A DNA stretch of 43,405 nt. Source: Octopus bimaculoides. Lineage: Eukaryota. Each line of letters begins with the position of its first letter. The first letter of the stretch is position 1. Of the stretch, positions 22,877 to 36,392 are shown piece after piece. The position numbers were made by a program, and so were the translations under genes. The stretch spans positions 10,278,829 through 10,322,233 of the forward strand of contig NC_069005.1 in NCBI RefSeq assembly GCF_001194135.2, written 5' to 3'. The notes under the pieces were generated by a model. It saw only the letters and a program-made list of their open reading frames with translations. It had not been told where the DNA came from and made no database searches.

Positions 22877-24400
22877 TTAGGTTGAGGAATAATTCATGAA
22901 CGTATTTTTTTTCAAATTTATTTTTTTAAAAAAGTTACAACAAATTAATCAATAATANNNNNNNNNNNNNNNNNNNNNNNNNNNNNNNNNNNNNNNNNNN
23001 NNNNNNNNNNNNNNNNNNNNNNNNNNNNNNNNNNNNNNNNNNNNNNNNNNNNNNNNNNNNNNNNNNNNNNNNNNNNNNNNNNNNNNNNNNNNNNNNNNNN
23101 NNNNNNNNNNNNNNNNNNNNNNNNNNNNNNNNNNNNNNNNNNNNNNNNNNNNNNNNNNNNNNNNNNNNNNNNNNNNNNNNNNNNNNNNNNNNNNNNNNNN
23201 NNNNNNNNNNNNNNNNNNNNNNNNNNNNNNNNNNNNNNNNNNNNNNNNNNNNNNNNNNNNNNNNNNNNNNNNNNNNNNNNNNNNNNNNNNNNNNNNNNNN
23301 NNNNNNNNNNNNNNNNNNNNNNNNNNNNNNNNNNNNNNNNNNNNNNNNNNNNNNNNNNNNNNNNNNNNNNNNNNNNNNNNNNNNNNNNNNNNNNNNNNNN
23401 NNNNNNNNNNNNNNNNNNNNNNNNNNNNNNNNNNNNNNNNNNNNNNNNNNNNNNNNNNNNNNNNNNNNNNNNNNNNNNNNNNNNNNNNNNNNNNNNNNNN
23501 NNNNNNNNNNNNNNNNNNNNNNNNNNNNNNNNNNNNNNNNNNNNNNNNNNNNNNNNNNNNNNNNNNNNNNNNNNNNNNNNNNNNNNNNNNNNNNNNNNNN
23601 NNNNNNNNNNNNNNNNNNNNNNNNNNNNNNNNNNNNNNNNNNNNNNNNNNNNNNNNNNNNNNNNNNNNNNNNNNNNNNNNNNNNNNNNNNNNNNNNNNNN
23701 NNNNNNNNNNNNNNNNNNNNNNNNNNNNNNNNNNNNNNNNNNNNNNNNNNNNNNNNNNNNNNNNNNNNNNNNNNNNNNNNNNAGTAAAGAAAACGCTGTT
23801 TGTAACCATGAGTTTAACGATATCTAGCGAGCGAAGTGGTGGCCCTTGTGGAACGTTGGTTTTTGTTGGTTTTGCTCAACGTGTGTGACACTCAAGCAAC
23901 GAATTTCTGAACCATTCCCATTGAGTGATGTGGTTCACCAGTTTTTTTTAATAATATTTTACCTGCTCCGCAAATTCTTGTGAAAAAGTTAAATCAATCA
24001 CTCTTCATCGAACTCAAATATTCGACCTGTGTGTGATCCGTCCCTGAGGTCAGAATTCCCCTTTATGATGCGCGAAAACCAACGGCGGGTGGTACTTTGA
24101 GGCATTGCTCCTTCTCCATACACAACACAAATCTCACTAGCATCTTCGGCGGTCTTAACACCTCGATTAAATGCAAAAAAAGCAAATAGTGTCAAAAGTG
24201 CTCAGTTTTTTCCGCTTGACATTCCATTTTAATGATCTGAAAATACACAAAAAACAATAAAATTAAAAAATCAAAACACACTATCTTGTAGAGCAAACTG
24301 TTCTCTTTCAAATAACAGAACATTTTGCCAATGCGTTTTATTTCTGCGTAGATTTTTAAATTTGGAAAAAAAAACGCTTATGAATTATTCGTCAACCCAA
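22877..24400 (-). mobile_element. Mariner element with both TIRs and TA flanks; transposase inactivated, centre in a gap
   Basis: TIRs ttaggttgaggaataattcatgaacgt and ttgggttgacgaataattcataagcgt; ATG at 24227; AFNRGVKTAEDASEICVVYGEGA..RRWFSR..GRIFEFDEE*, then GMVQKF..VSHTLS..KNQR; stops and frameshifts. Confidence 0.92.
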
Positions 24401-24724
24401 TATATAGAACAATATGTGGTATGATGTGGTGTGTATACTTATATAGAGAAGCAGACAAGTGAGGAGGTTTAATTGTGTTGGTCAGTCGTATCTCTATACT
24501 TATTAACTTAGTTATGCGGTTTCACATATTCGAGAAGGGAATCGGAGAATACGAGAATAGACAGGATATAGATATATGTGAGGATATTTTATTGACCCCC
24601 TGGACGGGTGAAAGTGAAAACCAACTCCTACTAGCATTGAAATTAGTATTTAAAGAGCCGTAACTATATACCGCATGATAACATCGAAATCTCATACATA
24701 CATATATATATATANNNNNNNNNN

Positions 24725-24755
<31 letters not shown>

Positions 24756-25847
24756 TGTGTGTGTAAATATATATGTATTTATATTCACATACATACATGG
24801 GGGTGTGTGACATTGTGGCTGGAACATGGTTAATTAGAAAGAGTTAAAAAACAATAACAGCAATCTTTCAATTGAAGATGTAGGAGAATTCTTCTCGTCT
24901 TAGGTACACACACAGACACAGACACACACGTACACACGCATGCACACAAACACACACATCATTAGAAAAAGGTTAGAGAATGTAGAGTTCTTTGGCACAT
25001 GCAAGCATCTCATTTGTTTCATCTTGACACTTGGATTACATCATATTAAAGGGTTGTAAATCATTTTCCAAAAGTTTTGTGCGGCTATGGACAAATACCA
25101 CACACACACCACACACACGTGTATATATATATATTTATATACATACATAGAAGCATGTGTGTATCCATATATCTGTATGTATACTCACACCCTTACTCAC
25201 ACACTCTCATTTTGTTGTTCACACATTCACATATATACACACACACATATATTCAAAATCTCTATCAAAGAATTTTTGAAACAATAAAATAAAATGGAAA
25301 CCAAGATAATTGCAGAAACAAATTGACTTCAGATGAACTTCAAAGTTTGTTTAAAATTTACGTCGTCGTCGTCGTCGACGGTTTGGTCGTCTTTGTCGTC
25401 GTCTTTGTCGTCGTCATCTTCAACATTGTAGACTGCGTAATTTTTGTAACGTTTAGTCATGGAAGAAAGAACTGCTCCTATGATTCCTTCCCTTTTTTTC
25501 AGTTGCTTCAACAGACGAAGGAAAGAATGGGAGGAATTTATCCTTAAATTGGAGTGAAGACGTAAATTACTGTCTCAAGTCCTAGGACTCCCAAAGTCGG
25601 TTGCCCGATTTCCCTTGCTTTTAAGTTATCGAGATCGCAACATACACCTGAACCTCACCACGTTTTTTGTCTTTATTGTTTCTCATTGAATAAAGACTTA
25701 CCTATTCATGGCTTTTGTAAAACCTCTTTATCATGCTTTCTTTTTTTTTAAACATACACATAGTAATACGCCTCATTATTTATTTTTTTTAAAATATTTA
25801 TTTCTTTATAGTACGCCTCATTATTGTCCACGCAACGAATTTTTTTA

Positions 25848-26228
25848 GGCGTAGGAGTAGCTGTGTTAAGTAGCTTGCTTACCAACCACATAGTTCCGGG
25901 TTCAGTCCCACTGCGTGGCACGGGCCGACCATCGCCTTGTGAGCGGAGTTGGTGGACGGAAACTGAAAGAAGCCCGTCGTATATATGTATATAATTCTGT
26001 ATGTGTGTGTATATGTTTGCGTTGTGTGTCTGTGTTTGTCCCCCCACCCCAACATCGCTTGACAACCGATGCAGGTGTGTTTAGGTCCGCGCAACTTAGC
26101 GGTTCGGTAAAAGAGAATGATAGGGTAAGTACTAGGCTTACAAAGAATAATTCCTGGGGTCGATTTGCTGTACTAAAGGCGGTGCTCCAGCATAGGAACA
26201 GTCAAATGACTGAAACACGTAAAAGAGT
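25848..26228 (+). mobile_element. SINE family A, near full length with internal deletion
   Basis: Matches 30791-31180 but lacks the cttgggcaagtgtcttctactatagcc segment. Confidence 0.95.
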
Positions 26229-26309
26229 ATACGGCGAAATTTCTTTCAAAGAATTTTCCTACTGCAAAAATGTTTGCGACGAATGTTTCAGACACAGCTC
26301 TTCCCATCC

Positions 26310-26405
26310 CAGGGCTGGTTATTCATAGTTTAGTGGACTGGAACAAATTGAAATGAAGTGTTTTGCTGAAGAACACAATGCGACTTCACTGAAAATAGAA
26401 ACCTG
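26310..26405 (-). mobile_element. Old family C core fragment
   Basis: agtggactggaacaa...atgaagtgttttgctgaagaacacaa. Confidence 0.6.
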
Positions 26406-26751
26406 CTTCGAATATAGACAAAGGATTGGGGCCGCAAACGCACATTCAAGGAATTTGGCAAAGATTAATTTCACCTGTATATCAAAAACATGTCTCTTTG
26501 AGTTCTTTTAATAGAGAGTTGGGTCGGTGATTAATATTTAACAACTGCAGTATTATAACTGTACCAATTTGGTTGGTGTTAAACTTGGCGATATGTTAAA
26601 TATTCCAATGAAGACATCTTCATTGAACAAATCTAAGCTATTTAACGAGAGAACTTCTACGGAGCCGTTCGTCCTGCAAAAAATACAACAACCAGATCAC
26701 TTTTTATATGCACTGAACGATCTTAGAAGCAAAATGTCTTTTAACGTTTTA

Positions 26752-26950
26752 CCTTTTACTTGTTTCAATTATTGGAAATAGCCAGATGGGGCACAGTCCT
26801 GAGGTGTTTTATTCTAACAAATCAACCCCAATAATTATATATTCTTAAGTCTGGGTCTTATTCTTTCGGTCTCATTTGCTCTGAGTTGCTAAGATTGTAA
26901 GTAAATCAACGCTCGTTCTCGAATGGCTGTGTGTGGTCGACAAGCATAAA
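26752..26950 (-). mobile_element. Old SINE family A 3' fragment
   Basis: ttttacttgtttca...ttattctttcggtctc..ttgct. Confidence 0.6.
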
Positions 26951-26954
26951 CACA

Positions 26955-27307
26955 AAAGGGGTACAGGTAAAGGGTAAGGACCCCCTTCGGTCTTGAACGA
27001 CCATGGGAGGATTACACCAAGAATGTTCCCCTCCGATGAATAAGTCCGATCAAGGTTGGTTTTGTGAAAGACCAGCAGTTGCCGTTGTATAACCAGCCTT
27101 CTCTCCCCACGCCACCGATGTTATCCAAGGAAAAAGCAAAGACCGATACAGTGACGTCGCAACCCATTTCTACAACTGAGTGAACTAGAGCAACGTGAAA
27201 CAAAGCGCCTTACTCAAAAACACAACACAGAGCCCGGTTCGGGAATCGAACTCACTACTTCATGATTGTGAGCCAGATGCTCTGATCACTGAACCATGCG
27301 CTTTCAC
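26955..27307 (-). mobile_element. SINE with family C-like head/core and tail 3 (OK-like)
   Basis: ctgagtgaactagagcaacgtgaaa...caaaaacacaac...gggaatcgaactc; distinct tail aggtaaagggtaaggacccccttcggtc. Confidence 0.85.
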
Positions 27308-27339
27308 CTCTGAAACAAGACACATACATGTACATACAT

Positions 27340-27482
27340 GCACATATTTGACGGGTTTCCACGGAGTTTCCGTCTACCAAATTCACTCACAAGGCTTTGC
27401 TCGACCCGAGGCTATCGCAGATGCTTACCTTTGCTGCAGCGCAGTCGGATTGAACACTGAAGCACGTGGTAGCAAAGCTAAA
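27340..27482 (-). mobile_element. SINE family A, 5' half
   Basis: gtttccgtctaccaaattcactcacaaggctttg..cgacccgaggctat. Confidence 0.8.
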
Positions 27483-27494
27483 CCAAATAATAAC

Positions 27495-27704
27495 AATAAT
27501 GGCTTCGAATTGTGGTAAAAATCCAGCATTTTCAAAGAGGAGATAAGTCGATTATAGCGACCCCAGTGCTCGAAACCCGAAAGAAAGGAAAAAAAAATAC
27601 ATTAAGTCGACCACGGCGGGACTTGAACTCAGAACGTAAGGACGCACGAAATGCCACTAAGCGTTTCGTCCGGCGTGCTAATATTTCTGCCAACTCGCCG
27701 CCTT
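27495..27704 (-). mobile_element. SINE family B
   Basis: Matches 18371-18588. Confidence 0.9.
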
Positions 27705-27732
27705 GGTTTTTCCATTAATAGTCCTGATATTT

Positions 27733-27950
27733 AAGGCGGCGAACTGACAGAATCGTTAGCAGGCCCGATAAAATGCTTAGCGGCATTTCATCCAAGGTTC
27801 GAATTCCTCCAAGGTCGACCTTGCCTTTCATCTTTCTGGGGTCGATAAAATAAACACCAGTTGAGCACTGGAGTCGATGTAATTGACTCAACCCCTTGAC
27901 CAAATTTGCTGGCTTCGTGCCGCCAAAATTTGAAATCAGTATTCCTGAGA
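27733..27950 (+). mobile_element. SINE family B, opposite orientation
   Basis: aaggcggcgaactgacagaatcgttagc...ggtcgaccttgcctttcatc. Confidence 0.9.
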
Positions 27951-28159
27951 TTTGGTTTCAAATGAAACGATCGAATAAGTAATAGACATTTAAAAAAAAG
28001 AACTGTGCATTCTTTTTCTACTAAATCCTTTCAAGATGGTGCTACAGCATGGCCGCAGTTCAATGACTGAAGCTAGTAAATGATTAAAAATAAAAGTATG
28101 TACGTATATGTGTGTACTGCGCATGTATGTCAAACTTTGATACTCACATACATACACAG

Positions 28160-28200
<41 letters not shown>

Positions 28201-28342
28201 TGCACTTGTACAGCTAGAGTTACATGTGTATGTGCTTGAATATATATATGTGTGTGTGTATGTGTACGTCTGTATGTGTACGTGCGCACGCATTTACATA
28301 TAAATATATATAAATGCATAAATACTTATATGTATATACATG

Positions 28343-28398
<56 letters not shown>

Positions 28399-28446
28399 TG
28401 TGTGTGTGTATATATATGTGTGTGTGTGTGTGTATGNNNNNNNNNN

Positions 28447-28505
<59 letters not shown>

Positions 28506-28971
28506 GTATATATATACTTATATTGCAAACTTGTGCATACACAGACACATGTTCACGTAAATATACAGAGAGGGTGAGAGGAAGAGAGACAGACAGACAG
28601 AGAGACAGAATGAGGAAAGGAAAATGAAAGTGAAAGTGACGGACAGACGGTCAGACGGACAGACAAACAGAGAAAGCAAATGAATAAGAACGAGTTGATA
28701 ATGTTTATGTTTAAAGATTGTGAAGACATTCTTCAGTGTTATGTCTGTGAATCTTTGTTAATTTGATGGTTTTGTAAGTTTACGACCTTCTTTATGCGTC
28801 TCTGTTGGTTTTTGTCCTGTCTGGAGTAGTCGTGTAATGGATGTTGTTGAAATCGTTGTTCTTGTTGTTGTTGCTATGTTGTTTCTTTTTTTCTTTTTCT
28901 TTTTTTTTTGATGTAGCTTTTGTTGCTTCAGCGGCAAGAATTTTTGCTGCTGCTGCTGTTGCTGTTGTTAC

Positions 28972-29002
<31 letters not shown>

Positions 29003-29149
29003 CTTGTTGTTGTTGTTGCCGCTGTTGCTGATGCATTACTGAAGATGTTTTCGTTTGAAAAGCAAAAAAAATTAGGATGGTAAGAAGACAAGGTGAGAGA
29101 TAGATGTGCTAATAGATTGATAAGGAGACAGTTTGCCAAAAATTTTTTT

Positions 29150-29167
29150 AGATAGATAGTTAGGGAG

Positions 29168-29198
<31 letters not shown>

Positions 29199-29485
29199 TG
29201 CAGATAGGTAGATAGGTAGGTAGGTAGGTAGGTAGGCAGGTAGGTATGTATTATGTATGTATTATGTATGTATGCAGGTAGGTAGATAGGCAGTAGGTAG
29301 GTAGGTAGGTAGGTAGGTAGGTAGGTAGGTAGGCAGGTAGGTAGATAGATAGATAGATAGATAGATAGATTTAGAAAGATAGGTAGACAGACAGACAGAC
29401 TGACAGAGAGACAGACAGACTGACAGGCATACAGACAGATAGACAGATATATATATATATATAGATAGATAGATAGATAGATATA

Positions 29486-29520
<35 letters not shown>

Positions 29521-29529
29521 TCAGACAGG

Positions 29530-29592
<63 letters not shown>

Positions 29593-29600
29593 ATGGATAG
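29150..29600. repeat. Compound tetranucleotide array (GTAT/GTAG/GATA/GACA)
   Basis: Direct inspection. Confidence 0.95.
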
Positions 29601-30790
29601 ATTGTTACACAGGGAGGTAGATAGGTAGAAAGGTAGGTGGAAAGATGAAGAAACCTATCAATAAACAAACACATGAGTATATCAACAGGTTTGTATTATA
29701 TATATATAGATATTTCATTATACATATATGCATATTATTACATACACATGCATGCATGCATATATATGTGTATATACTTATACATATATGTGTGCGTGTA
29801 CAAATAGAGAGAAAGACATATGCATGTATGTGTCATTGTATATAGACGTATGTATACATCTACGTATGTTTATATGTACACACACACACACACACACACG
29901 TATAAATATTTGTGTTTACATTGGAGAGAATATATTTTGGTAGACACAAAGTATAGTGTATATTATATTTCATTGTTGTGATTTTTCATACCATTAGAAA
30001 TGGTATTAACGTGAAAATATATAATCAAATGTATTTGCAAAAACATGAAGATATGAATTGTTAGCAGCACATGGAGATTTGATTGGTTGCCAGTACGTAT
30101 TACATTTTTATCTATACATTATTATTTGCTGAAACACGTATTTTCATATTTTAAGGACAATGTGCAGAAATATATATCATTATCACTTTTGTGCCATCTG
30201 AAAAAAATATGAGCCAAGGAAGCGATATTAGTTAATAAGGTCCTAATGTTAAGAAAAATATATGAATGCTTGTGAAACATGGTATAAATTTTAGGCTATG
30301 CTATATCCATTGTAAAGAAAATAACATATTTTATCAAGTTTGTAGTTGGAAATGATCTCGCTGAAAGTATCTACGATAATTTAGCAAATCAAATCTTTTG
30401 TTCAAGATAGAAAAAGTCAGCACAAGATTGTTGCACTTTTCCGAGAAGCATAAATCACATCCTTTGGAACCATTTATCTAGTGAGAGGTAGGTTTCGTAT
30501 TTGCCAGACGATCTTGTTATTGTAAATAGCATTATCTCTTAGTCAACAGATTGATTTGAGGAGAGTATTAGACTAACATCTCTGTCAGTATCAGAAAATA
30601 TTCATGTTGCGATAAATTTTCTGTGGATTTTTGTTGAACCCTGTAGCAAATATATAGACAGTATCCCATCCTAAACACCAAACCACCGCCTTGAAATTAA
30701 TTCAATCCGAATCACTGCCTTCAGCCGTAAAACAGATATAAGCAATACATAGGGATGCTGTCAAGGATCGATGATGTTGGCAATCAACAA

Positions 30791-31180
30791 GGCGAAGGAG
30801 TGGCTGTGTGGTAAGTAGCTTGCTTACCAACCACATGGTTCCTAGTTCAGTCCCACTGCGTGACACCTTGGGCAAGTGTCTTCTACTATAGCCTCGGGCC
30901 GACCAAAGCCTTGTGAGTGGATTTGGTAGACGGAAACTGAGAGAAGCCCGTCGTATATATGTATATGTATATATATGTATGTGTGTTTGTCCCCCCAACA
31001 TCGCTTGACAATCGATGCTGGTGTGTTTACGTCCCCGTAACTTAACGGTTCGGCAAAAAGAGACCGATAGAATAAGTACTAGGCTTACAAAGCATAAGTC
31101 CTGGGGTCGATTTTCTCGACTAAAGGCAGTGCTCCAGCATGGCCGCAGTCAAAATGACTGAAACAAGTAAAAGAGTAAAA
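30791..31180 (+). mobile_element. SINE family A (OR2-like CORE-SINE), full length
   Basis: A box tggctgtgtggtaag, B box gttcagtccc, CORE-like accttgggcaagtgtctt, internal TA tract, 3' tail. Confidence 0.95.
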
Positions 31181-32003
31181 TAGTATACCAGGAACTGATT
31201 TTGTTAGTACTTGGGTTGCCTAGCGGTAAACAATAGAATTCTTGTTATAGTAAACAAACATTTTTGGATAAACAACATATTGAAATCTCATTAATCATTT
31301 CGTATTTGGTGCATTTTCTTTGACATGCATCTTAAATATATAGATGCTATGCCTACTAGCTAGTCAGTGGTCGTGAGATAGCTAAGCCTACTGGTCGCAA
31401 GAATTTACGCCAGTCACGGCTACTGTCGTTTCTAACAAACATTGTTCACAGACACATATGAACGGACTCACTTGAATTATACATATTTTTCTTTTTTCTG
31501 CCGTTCGCCGCAACAAGAATATCTTTATAAATGATAAATAAATATTTAATATTTGGAACTTTACACAAACATGTGTTATTCTACCAACCAGCCAAGAAAA
31601 AATATACCTTATTTACAGTCCTAAAAAGATTATTTGCTTCACTGTTATCTGTAAGACAGGTAAAGTAAAGCTTTATAAAGTCACATTGTATCAAGAAGAC
31701 ATGTATTAGCGTTATAACAATTACATAGGCCGTAAGAGTTGTGCGTGTCCAACAAAAAGATTTTTTTCTGCTTATACAATATACTAGCTACAAAACATAT
31801 AGTTCCCCTTAGTATTATTTTTATTCAATATCTTATGTCTTACCATTTATGCACAAAGATACACACACGCGCACACAAACACACACATGCACGCCCACCC
31901 GCACACACACACACACACACGCACACACATATATACTTGTGTGTATATGTGTATGTAATTTATATTATATCGTTATATAGGCAATGTATATGAGAGACTA
32001 TGA

Positions 32004-32380
32004 GATAAGCTTTCCCAACCACATGGTTCCGGGCTCAGTCCCACTGCGTGGCACCTTGGGCAAGTGTCTTCTACTATAGCCACGGGCCGACCAAAACCTT
32101 GTGAATGGATTTGGTAGACGGAAATTGAAAGAAGCCCCACGTATATGTGTGTGTGTGTGTGTGTCGTTGTGTCTGTGTTTGTCACCCTATCACCGCTTGA
32201 CAACCAGCGTTGGTGTGTTGACGTACCCGTAACTTAGCGGTTCGTCAAAAGATACTGATAGAATAAGTACCAGGTTTAAAAAATGAGTACTTGAGTCGAT
32301 TAATTCGATTAAGAAATTCAAGGTGATGCCCCAGCATGACCGTAGTCTAATGACTGAAATAAGTGAAAAATAAAAGATAA
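32004..32380 (+). mobile_element. SINE family A, slightly 5'-truncated
   Basis: Matches 30791-31180. Confidence 0.93.
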
Positions 32381-32491
32381 TATATAAGTATTGTTGCATT
32401 TCGGGACGGTCATTTTGTTTTCTTTTGCCAAATAAACACACGCTCTATATATTTGTTCTTCACTCGTTTGTTACTGTTCTTATTCTAACTC

Positions 32492-32624
32492 ATGTCCATT
32501 GTCCGGAAATCTTTCGTCACACATCCGTGTGTATGAAATAAGTGGAACAAAAGCCCACAGAAGACAAAAAGCGTCGCTGAAGAGGTCACACACATGTGAC
32601 GAAAGATTTCCAGACAATGGACAT
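32492..32624. repeat. 30-bp inverted repeat (29/30 identical) overlapping a hammerhead-like motif
   Basis: 32492-32521 versus 32595-32624. Confidence 0.9.
32573..32615 (+). ncRNA. Minimal hammerhead-like motif
   Basis: CUGAAGA G, stem II gucaca-caca-ugugac (6 bp), GAAA, quasi-palindromic AGAUUU, UUC triplet, bulged 4-bp stem I. Confidence 0.55.
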
Positions 32625-33317
32625 TAGAAAAAAACATTTAAACTATAGAAATAATTGTACTTCTCTTCGCATTTATAAACATTATTTTATTTAATTGGAA
32701 GAGTACAAACGCGAACACAAGCGGCCGGGATCTGGTTTCCTCCGAAAGATCTCTGAAGTAACATTATTAGAAAGGATGATTACATCGGAGGTCAGGGTAT
32801 CTCTCCAAGTCGAGTCGTTAATACTTCACATTCAGAAGTCGAAGACATGTAATTAGAATACTGCAGAAAAGAATCGCTAGACGGATTCTTCAAGCCGAAA
32901 CAACACTACCCCCGTGGCCCTCTCAAAGAATAGCAGAGGGAGAAAATAGATGGATGGCTGGAGTATACATGTTATGTGTGATCTAAATCTATTACTGAAG
33001 CCATTACACATTCGGTCCTTTGCATGTTCTGGGGTTTTGGGTTTTGAGGGCATAAAGGTTTGGAGGTCTGGGTGAAAAGAAGGATGGATGTTTGGGTGTT
33101 TGGAGGCCTCCATGTTTCGTTCTTTCGCGGTTTGTGTAGAAGTGCTACATTCTCCGTAGAAGAATCATAAAGCGCCTTTCAAAATCATTGACAATATAAT
33201 AAAGCATATTTTATTTTCATACACAACAGATATTGTTGTAAAGTAGCCTCTGTTAGATATAGGCATGACAATGCTTACAATTGACTGCAGAAAATGAATG
33301 ATGGTGTTAGTAGTGGC

Positions 33318-33646
<329 letters not shown>

Positions 33647-34095
33647 ATATGATAATGGCGGCAAAAACAACAGCAGCTCCCAAAACAACACAAATAACAT
33701 TGATAAGAACAGCAACAATAACAAAAGCAACATTGACAACAACAACAACAATAATACTGTAGATGATGACGGTGATGATGATGATGATGATGATGTTGAT
33801 GATGAGGATGACCACGACGATGACGACGACGGCAACAACGTTCATGTTGCTGATGGTATTGGTAGTGGTGGTGGTGGTGTTGGGGACGGCTACGATAAAG
33901 AAAATATTAATAAACGTATTGAAAAATGACTCAGAGAAGAAAAGGAGAAAAAAAAGGAAAGAAAAGGGAAGGAAGAAGGGGAAAAAAGAAGGAAGAAACG
34001 AAAAGAAGTATAAGTAAGGGAGAGAGAAAAAGAAGGAAGAAACGAAAGAAAGGAAAACTGAAAACAGAAAGAAATAATGAGAAAATGGTAAGTCA

Positions 34096-34462
<367 letters not shown>

Positions 34463-34512
34463 GCATCAAAAAATACCTTAGGAATGAGAACCTAGGTTCG
34501 AAATTTTCCCAA

Positions 34513-34558
34513 GACAGCTGATGAAGACAGGATGGTATATCAGCCGAAACGTTGTGTT
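34513..34558 (+). ncRNA. Minimal hammerhead-like motif in a PLE-type terminus
   Basis: gacag CUGAUGA A ...cagcc GAAAC GUU gtgtt; core intact, stems I and II eroded. Confidence 0.6.
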
Positions 34559-34611
34559 AAGAACAAACAAGATGAGGACAAATATCCTTCAAATGCAAAT
34601 AATGTAAATGA

Positions 34612-35190
34612 TACTTTCTACAAGAAGCACAAGGCCTGAAATTTTGGGACAGGGGAACAGTCGATTACATCGACCCCACTTTTCACTGGTACTTAATTCN
34701 NNNNNNNNNNNNNNNNNNNNNNNNNNNNNNNNNNNNNNNNNNNNNNNNNNNNNNNNNNNNNNNNNNNNNNNNNNNNNNNNNNNNNNNNNNNNNNNNNNNN
34801 NNNNNNNNNNNNNNNNNNNNNNNNNNNNNNNNNNNNNNNNNNNNNNNNNNNNNNNNNNNNNNNNNNNNNNNNNNNNNNNNNNNNNNNNNNNNNNNNNNNN
34901 NNNNNNNNNNNNNNNNNNNNNNNNNNNNNNNNNNNNNNNNNNNNNNNNNNNNNNNNNNNNNNNNNNNNNNNNNNNNNNNNNNNNNNNNNNNNNNNNNNNN
35001 NNNNNNNNNNNNNNNNNNNNNNNNNNNNNNNNNNNNNNNNNNNNNNNNNNNNNNNNNNNNNNNNNNNNNNNNNNNNNNNNNNNNNNNNNNNNNNNNNNNN
35101 NNNNAATTTGAATTCAGAACGTGAAGATGGATGAAATGCCGCGAAACATTTTGCCCGGCAAGCAATCGATTCTGCCAGTTTGCCGCTTTC
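34612..35190 (-). mobile_element. SINE family B halves either side of a 405-N gap
   Basis: 3' part at 34612-34699 and 5' part at 35105-35190. Confidence 0.85.
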
Positions 35191-35191
35191 A

Positions 35192-35305
<114 letters not shown>

Positions 35306-36269
35306 CAGTAATAACGAAAATAATAATGAGGAGAAAAAGATCGAAAAGAAGCCGAGGAACAATAACAGCAAAGTCACCAGGAACAATACATAAATGAAAG
35401 CGAAGCAGACGATAGATGGAAGGTAAGAAAGGAAGTGGTGGGAGAAAGGTGTAGGGAGGAGGGGGGAAGCAGTTACCGAAAATAGAGACTGGAGGAAGGT
35501 ATACATATTTATATACACATGTATGTATGTGTGTATATATGTATGCGTGTATGTGTATATATATGTATGCGTGTGTGTATATACAAGGATAGAGATAACT
35601 GGTTGTGCGTGTGTGCGCGCGTGTGTAGTTTGAAGAGAGAAAAGAAAACGATGGAGAAGCTGAAACTGTTTCCTAATTAATTTTGATTATGTGGGTTTCT
35701 TTAGCAAACATATCTTATATTCTTCCAAAATGTCGCCTCGAAGTAAATATGTAAATACGTACATACACACACACACACACATACATACATACATACATAC
35801 ATACATGCATACATACATACACACACATACACACATATATATATATATATACATATATATACATAAATATACATATATACATACACACACACACANNNNN
35901 NNNNNNNNNNNNNNNNNNNNNNNNNNNNNNNNNNNNNNNNNNNNNNNNNNNNNNNNNNNNNNNNNNNNNNNNNNNNNNNNNNNNNNNNNNNNNNNNNNNN
36001 NNNNNNNNNNNNATATATATATATATATATATATATAGGTATACATATATATCTATATATGCATAAATATATATGTAGATGTATACATATATATCACACA
36101 CTAGCATTCAAACCATACCCATATGTGAACACTCCCGCACACATATATACACACATGTACTCACATATCCACACACATACGCACACACACACACACACAA
36201 ATATATACACTATACTCTCTATATACATTTTTCGTATTCAGAGTTACTTTGATCTCTACTATGTTACTG

Positions 36270-36350
36270 ATGATAGTAATGATGCCGATCTTGATATAGC
36301 TATTGATGATTACGGTGATGACGATGATGATGACAATGATGATGATGATG

Positions 36351-36392
<42 letters not shown>

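Noticed and set aside
25503-25561. Strong acceptor with a short open frame
   Set aside because: No supporting partner exon or homology; likely chance
32697-32855. 52-codon open frame (EEYKREHKRPGSGFLRK)
   Set aside because: No credible acceptor or start; not a recognisable neuropeptide precursor
34700-35104. 405-N gap where only about 40 nt of SINE is missing
   Set aside because: Could hide an insertion or tandem copies, but gap-size estimates are unreliable
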